Source: Pseudaminobacter sp.
GTDB taxonomy: Bacteria > Pseudomonadota > Alphaproteobacteria > Rhizobiales > Rhizobiaceae
Assembly (NCBI GenBank): GCA_049646905.1
Contig: JBARWP010000293.1
Location: forward strand, 1 to 61,979
Direction of reading: 5' to 3'
DNA: 61,979 bases
Made by a program: the position numbers and the translations under genes
Shown here: piece by piece, positions 58,173 to 61,979 of the stretch
How positions within the stretch are numbered: position 1 is the stretch's first letter
Layout of the letters: every line of letters begins with the position of its first letter
The notes under the pieces: generated by a model
What the model was told of the DNA's origin: nothing
Databases searched by the model: none
Seen by the model: only the letters and a program-made list of their open reading frames with translations

Positions 58173-59105
58173 TCAGCTCGCGGGTAGTTCGGCGACGAGT
58201 CCAAGCCGGCGGGCTCGATCGAGCAGGTTCTTGACGGAGGAGGCAGACCATTTTGCGCTTCCTCGTGGGGTTCGCTCATGCAGACGCTCGAGCTGGCCAG
58301 CGATGTCGCGTAGCGATAGGTCTGGGTTGGACTGCGAAATCCCTGCCACAAGGGTCATCAGGCGATCTTCGGGAGGCTGAGGAGACGCCCTCTTTAGCAG
58401 GGTGGATTCCGCCAGGTGCTCGGTGACGAGCCACCTCACTGCCCGCCGCAGTCGTTCTGGCGTCCAGTCGAGGCCGCGCTGCTTCAGGACCCGAGCGATA
58501 TCGTCCCAGCTGTGATCTGGTCGCATCCGGCGGACCGTCGGAAGCCACTGGTTCATCGTTGATTGTAGCCGTCGGCCATAGGCTGCCTTTTGCACCGCAG
58601 TCATCTTCGCCAGGGCTTCGGGCTTGCGCTCCCGGATACCAGGATTGCCTGGCAGCCGCCCCTTCGATCGTGCAGCGATGATGCCGGCCTTGGTCCGCTC
58701 CGAAATCAGGGCACGCTCGAGCTGGGCAACGGCGCCGAGTACCTGTAGCGAAAACATGCCCTGTGGCGTCGACGTGTCGATTGGATCTCGCAGAGATCGG
58801 AAATGCGCGCCCTTCTCACTCAGATCCTCGATCACCTGAAGAAGATGGCTGACCGAGCGCGCAAGGCGATCGAGACGCACGACGACCAGGACATCGCCGG
58901 CGCCGATCTCGCTGATCAACCGCAATAGGGCAGGGCGGGCTCTCGACGCACCGGATCCATGTTCCTGAACGACGACGTCGCAACCGGCCGACCGCAGCTC
59001 AATATCCTGCGCTTCCGTTGCTTGTTCGTCCGTCGACACGCGCGCGTAGCCGATTTGCCGGCCCTGTGGTCGACCGGAGCGTCGATCTTGCGCTTCACGG
59101 GCCAT
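58173..59105 (-). CDS. Serine recombinase (resolvase family)
   Basis: IGYARVST..Q, SG....RP.L, V.RLDRL.RS, A.LER..I.ERT..G...A...GR..G.P. Confidence 0.95.
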   Translation of the reverse strand: MAREAQDRRSGRPQGRQIGYARVSTDEQATEAQDIELRSAGCDVVVQEHGSGASRARPALLRLISEIGAGDVLVVVRLDRLARSVSHLLQVIEDLSEKGAHFRSLRDPIDTSTPQGMFSLQVLGAVAQLERALISERTKAGIIAARSKGRLPGNPGIRERKPEALAKMTAVQKAAYGRRLQSTMNQWLPTVRRMRPDHSWDDIARVLKQRGLDWTPERLRRAVRWLVTEHLAESTLLKRASPQPPEDRLMTLVAGISQSNPDLSLRDIAGQLERLHERTPRGSAKWSASSVKNLLDRARRLGLVAELPAS

Positions 59106-59217
59106 TTGCGGCGTCTCTCAGCATCGGGAAGGGGTGTTGTACAAACACCGAAGATATCAACAAACGATCTATTGAAAACGTCTCTGGACTTGGCGGTGCC
59201 TGTGAACTGTGGTGTGG

Positions 59218-59868
59218 CTACCAGCGTGGGTCAGGCCATTCGGCGTTTGCCCATAGCGTCAGCTCTCCGGGAGACAAAAGGTTCTTCTCACCCCGTTGGA
59301 GACGGAGCACATAGTAGCTGTCATACATCGGATCAAAACTGGTCAGAAGGTGGAGAAAACGTCGCTTTCGCTCAGCTTTCGTCCACGAACAGAAGATTGC
59401 TCCCCTGCTCTGAAGCAGGTCGAAGACGCCCGGTTGTGCAGGGTCTATACGTTGCCAAAGCGAAACCGCGTCCTTTGCTTGCGTTCCAAAATCTTCCCGA
59501 AGAGCTTCCTCGATAATAGCCTCGAGCGCGTAGCCGATGGCCTGGGTCTTGGCAGAATGATCAAGATAGGCGAGCGAAAGGCGCAGCATTCTTTGTTGAA
59601 GGAGTAGCACCGGCCACAGGATCCTCACGCCATAACGGATGCCCATCTCCTCGTAATGCGGAAGGGGTGGAATAATCTCGCGCTGCCGCTCGTATGCCTT
59701 GCGGACATCGTATGCGAGGCCAAGAAACATGCCTTCCCTGTCACGGACGAGAGGCGATCGCTCACTCACGTCGTGCACGACCTCATGGAGCCAGCGAAGC
59801 GAGGTGTAGTCTCCGATCAGTAAGATGCCGGCATGGTTCTTCAGCAGGCGATACGACAGCAATGCCAC
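59218..59868 (-). CDS. DUF6904-like conserved hypothetical protein
   Basis: N.AGI.L.GDY..L..L.E..H...LAYDVRKAYE; RBS GAGGAG. Confidence 0.65.
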   Translation of the reverse strand: MALLSYRLLKNHAGILLIGDYTSLRWLHEVVHDVSERSPLVRDREGMFLGLAYDVRKAYERQREIIPPLPHYEEMGIRYGVRILWPVLLLQQRMLRLSLAYLDHSAKTQAIGYALEAIIEEALREDFGTQAKDAVSLWQRIDPAQPGVFDLLQSRGAIFCSWTKAERKRRFLHLLTSFDPMYDSYYVLRLQRGEKNLLSPGELTLWANAEWPDPRW

Positions 59869-59914
59869 CCCTCCTCTTTGCAGTCTGCTTCGGATGCTTT
59901 GTCCGCCTTGCAGC

Positions 59915-60337
59915 TCACACGGACCACGGGTCGAAGAGATCGATTCCGAATCCTTCGAAATCCTTCGTGTTGCGGGTGGCCAAGGTGAGCTGTTTCGCGG
60001 TCGCTGTCGCGGCGATCAAGCCATCCATGGATGACAGACCGCGACCGCGACGCTTGGCCAGGGCCATCAGATCACCCCAGGCCAGAGCGATCGGCTCGTC
60101 AACATGGAGAACCCTTTGCTCGAAACGCTGCGGCAGATCCTGCGCCAGCCATTTGGCCAGAGTCTCGCGTTTCCGGCCTTCGTCCATGAGGGCGACGCCA
60201 CGCCGAATCTCGGCAATCGACACAACGCTGATAAAAGAACGGTCCTCATCGAGCTGGTCTAGCCATTCCAGAACCGTTGGGTCCGGGGTTGGCTTCGTCA
60301 CCTCAGACAGGACATTCGTATCGAGCAACAGCCTCAC
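59915..60337 (-). CDS. vapC: VapC PIN-domain toxin
   Basis: LLDTNVLSE, S..EI..G, DGLIAATA....L.L.TRN.KDF. Confidence 0.93.
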   Translation of the reverse strand: MRLLLDTNVLSEVTKPTPDPTVLEWLDQLDEDRSFISVVSIAEIRRGVALMDEGRKRETLAKWLAQDLPQRFEQRVLHVDEPIALAWGDLMALAKRRGRGLSSMDGLIAATATAKQLTLATRNTKDFEGFGIDLFDPWSV

Positions 60338-60600
60338 AGCCGCAGATCACGCGGTTCGTCGCGCTGACGCTCGAGGTCGAGATCGGCGCCGCGCAGCGGC
60401 GAATCCATAAGGAACTCCGCAAGCGTGCCCTTGCGCACCGTCTTGCGCTGCCATTCCTCGGCCGAGACGACAACGACGCTGGGCTTACCGTTCCGGGTGA
60501 TCGTTTGAGGTGCAGACTGCGCGCGCTCGATAACCTCCGACAGCCGAGCTTTGGCTCCGGCGACGGTCCAGTTAGTAACTTCTTTGGGTGCAGATAGCAT
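60334..60600 (-). CDS. Phd/YefM-family antitoxin
   Basis: W....AKA.LSEVI.RA...PQ.ITRNGKP..VVVS.EEW; overlaps the toxin start. Confidence 0.9.
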   Translation of the reverse strand: MLSAPKEVTNWTVAGAKARLSEVIERAQSAPQTITRNGKPSVVVVSAEEWQRKTVRKGTLAEFLMDSPLRGADLDLERQRDEPRDLRL

Positions 60601-60612
60601 TGCGGGCCTCCG

Positions 60613-60636
60613 TGACTACTTTGACTATCCTGACTA
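60613..60636. promoter_or_regulatory. Three TGACTA direct repeats, probable TA operator
   Basis: TGACTA at 60613, 60622 and 60631 (9-bp period), just upstream of the antitoxin. Confidence 0.55.
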
Positions 60637-60682
60637 TATGGGATTGCCTATGCGGCTGCAACAGGGCAGGGGAGGGGGCTTT

Positions 60683-61903
60683 TTACAGCCCCGACGCCTT
60701 GGTGAGATTGACCCGGAAACGGTCGCGCCGGCGCTGATATCTGCGAGTCATCTCGGCGGAGGCATGGCCGAGCTGTTTTTGCACGTAGCGCTCGTCGACT
60801 TCGGCTGAGGAGGCGAGGCCGGCGCGCAGCGAATGGCCCGCGAACTTTTGCTCCCGTTCGCCTTCGGACAGATCGCCACGCACGCCGGCAGCGAGTGCCG
60901 CGCGCTTGACCAGACGGGCGACTTCCTGGGCGTTCAGCCGCTCGGCGCCAACCGCCTTGCCTTGCCCTGTGACCCGTCGGAATAGCGGACCATGACCGAT
61001 CCTCGCCAGCCTCAGCCAGGTCTGCAGGGTAACGACCGGGCACGTGCTGTCAGCGGACCCGCGACCGATCTCGACCTCGCGCCAGCCGGTCTTTCCCCGC
61101 AGCGTTACCAGCGCCCCTTTGTCCAAAATCTCGATCCAGCCCGAAGAATCCTCAGTTTGGTCGCGGCCAACATCGAGGCCGACGATTTCGGAGCGGCGCA
61201 GACCGCCTGCAAAGCCCAGAAGCAGCATCGCCCGGTCGCGAAGACCGCGCAGCGTGCCGCGGTCAAGCGTCTCCAACATGGCGATCATATCCTCGGGGAG
61301 GATGGCTTCCTTCTGCACCGGCGGTTTTGCGTGGCTGTTGCGGATGCCGGCGAGCACCGTGGCGATGTGGCGGTCTTTGCGGTCCAAGGGTTGGCCGCGC
61401 TGGGTATAATTCCAGCCTAGCGCCGAAAGCCGTCGCTCGATGGTCGATACGGAGTTTGGTTGCTTGTCCCCTGTTACCTTCCCCGAGGCGCAAGCGGTGA
61501 TGTAGAGGCCAACGGTTTGTGGGTTAGGTGGGAAGACCTCCAGACCCTGGCGGCGTGTCCAGGCGCTAAAATGCTTCCAGTCGGCGGCGTAGGCGCGGCG
61601 GGTGTTGGCCGAACTTGCTGCCTCGACGTAGTCGCGAGCGCGATCAGCGAGGGTTTCCAGGTGCGCCGGGAGGGAAGGGGAGTCTTCCATTGGAATTCGG
61701 CCCATCTCCATTACGACGTCGATGATATCGGGCAAGTCGCTGTCGAGACCGTCGGCGGCGCGTTCCCCTTCAGAGTCGGCCGCCGACACCCGCGCGTCGG
61801 CAACATCGTCTCCAGGGTCCGTTCTGTGGGACGGTCCGGAAGGTCGATCGCCCTGATTGTCGGATTGCTTGGGTTCATGAGACTGTCGTTCGAATAATAT
61901 CAA
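60683..61903 (-). CDS. Tyrosine recombinase/integrase (Cre-like with SAM-like N-domain)
   Basis: NTRRAY.ADW, RDRA.LLLG..G.LRRSE, GHSLRAG, QLGH.S..MTRRY; start uncertain. Confidence 0.92.
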   Translation of the reverse strand: MILFERQSHEPKQSDNQGDRPSGPSHRTDPGDDVADARVSAADSEGERAADGLDSDLPDIIDVVMEMGRIPMEDSPSLPAHLETLADRARDYVEAASSANTRRAYAADWKHFSAWTRRQGLEVFPPNPQTVGLYITACASGKVTGDKQPNSVSTIERRLSALGWNYTQRGQPLDRKDRHIATVLAGIRNSHAKPPVQKEAILPEDMIAMLETLDRGTLRGLRDRAMLLLGFAGGLRRSEIVGLDVGRDQTEDSSGWIEILDKGALVTLRGKTGWREVEIGRGSADSTCPVVTLQTWLRLARIGHGPLFRRVTGQGKAVGAERLNAQEVARLVKRAALAAGVRGDLSEGEREQKFAGHSLRAGLASSAEVDERYVQKQLGHASAEMTRRYQRRRDRFRVNLTKASGL

Positions 61904-61979
61904 TGCCTTGCCCGCGCCGTAATTGTGAGACTGAGTCGGGGTTATTGAGACTGGCCTCGATAGTGAGTCGGTATTTGTG

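Noticed and set aside
58173..61979. Transposon or integrative element built on the two recombinases
   Set aside because: No transposase, terminal inverted repeats or att duplication is visible within the window.

Overview
This is a 62-kb segment of a GC-rich Rhizobiales-type repABC plasmid, read by eye from the sequence and the ORF track. Left to right it contains: (i) a conjugative leading region (about 1-18,800) with a Toprim protein, a DNA methylase/SNF2 helicase (DarB-like), a CoiA-like nuclease, a ParB-like protein, ardC, ssb, WGR and a frameshifted HU gene, separated by large stem-loops; (ii) a DNA-transfer module, with parA-like + RHH genes divergent from mobC + a MOBP/VirD2-like relaxase around an oriT whose nic core matches the T-DNA border/RP4 type; (iii) an inserted candidate defence islet (frameshifted GIY-YIG nuclease, DUF2971, PHP-ATPase/Ppl-like) and an orphan QseM-like antiactivator; (iv) a complete virB1-11/virD4 operon with an extra VirB5-like protein carrying a lytic transglycosylase domain; (v) accessory genes, including two secreted SNase-like proteins, a two-component/periplasmic/flavodoxin-like cluster, and an HTH gene preceded by a ctRNA-like antisense unit; (vi) a decayed traI AHL synthase with a degenerate tra box, divergent from repABC (parS palindromes, ctRNA and oriV are visible); and (vii) a resolvase, a Phd-VapC toxin-antitoxin pair and a tyrosine recombinase. 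No rRNA, tRNA, CRISPR array or transposase was seen. Family assignments come from motif recognition, not database searches.
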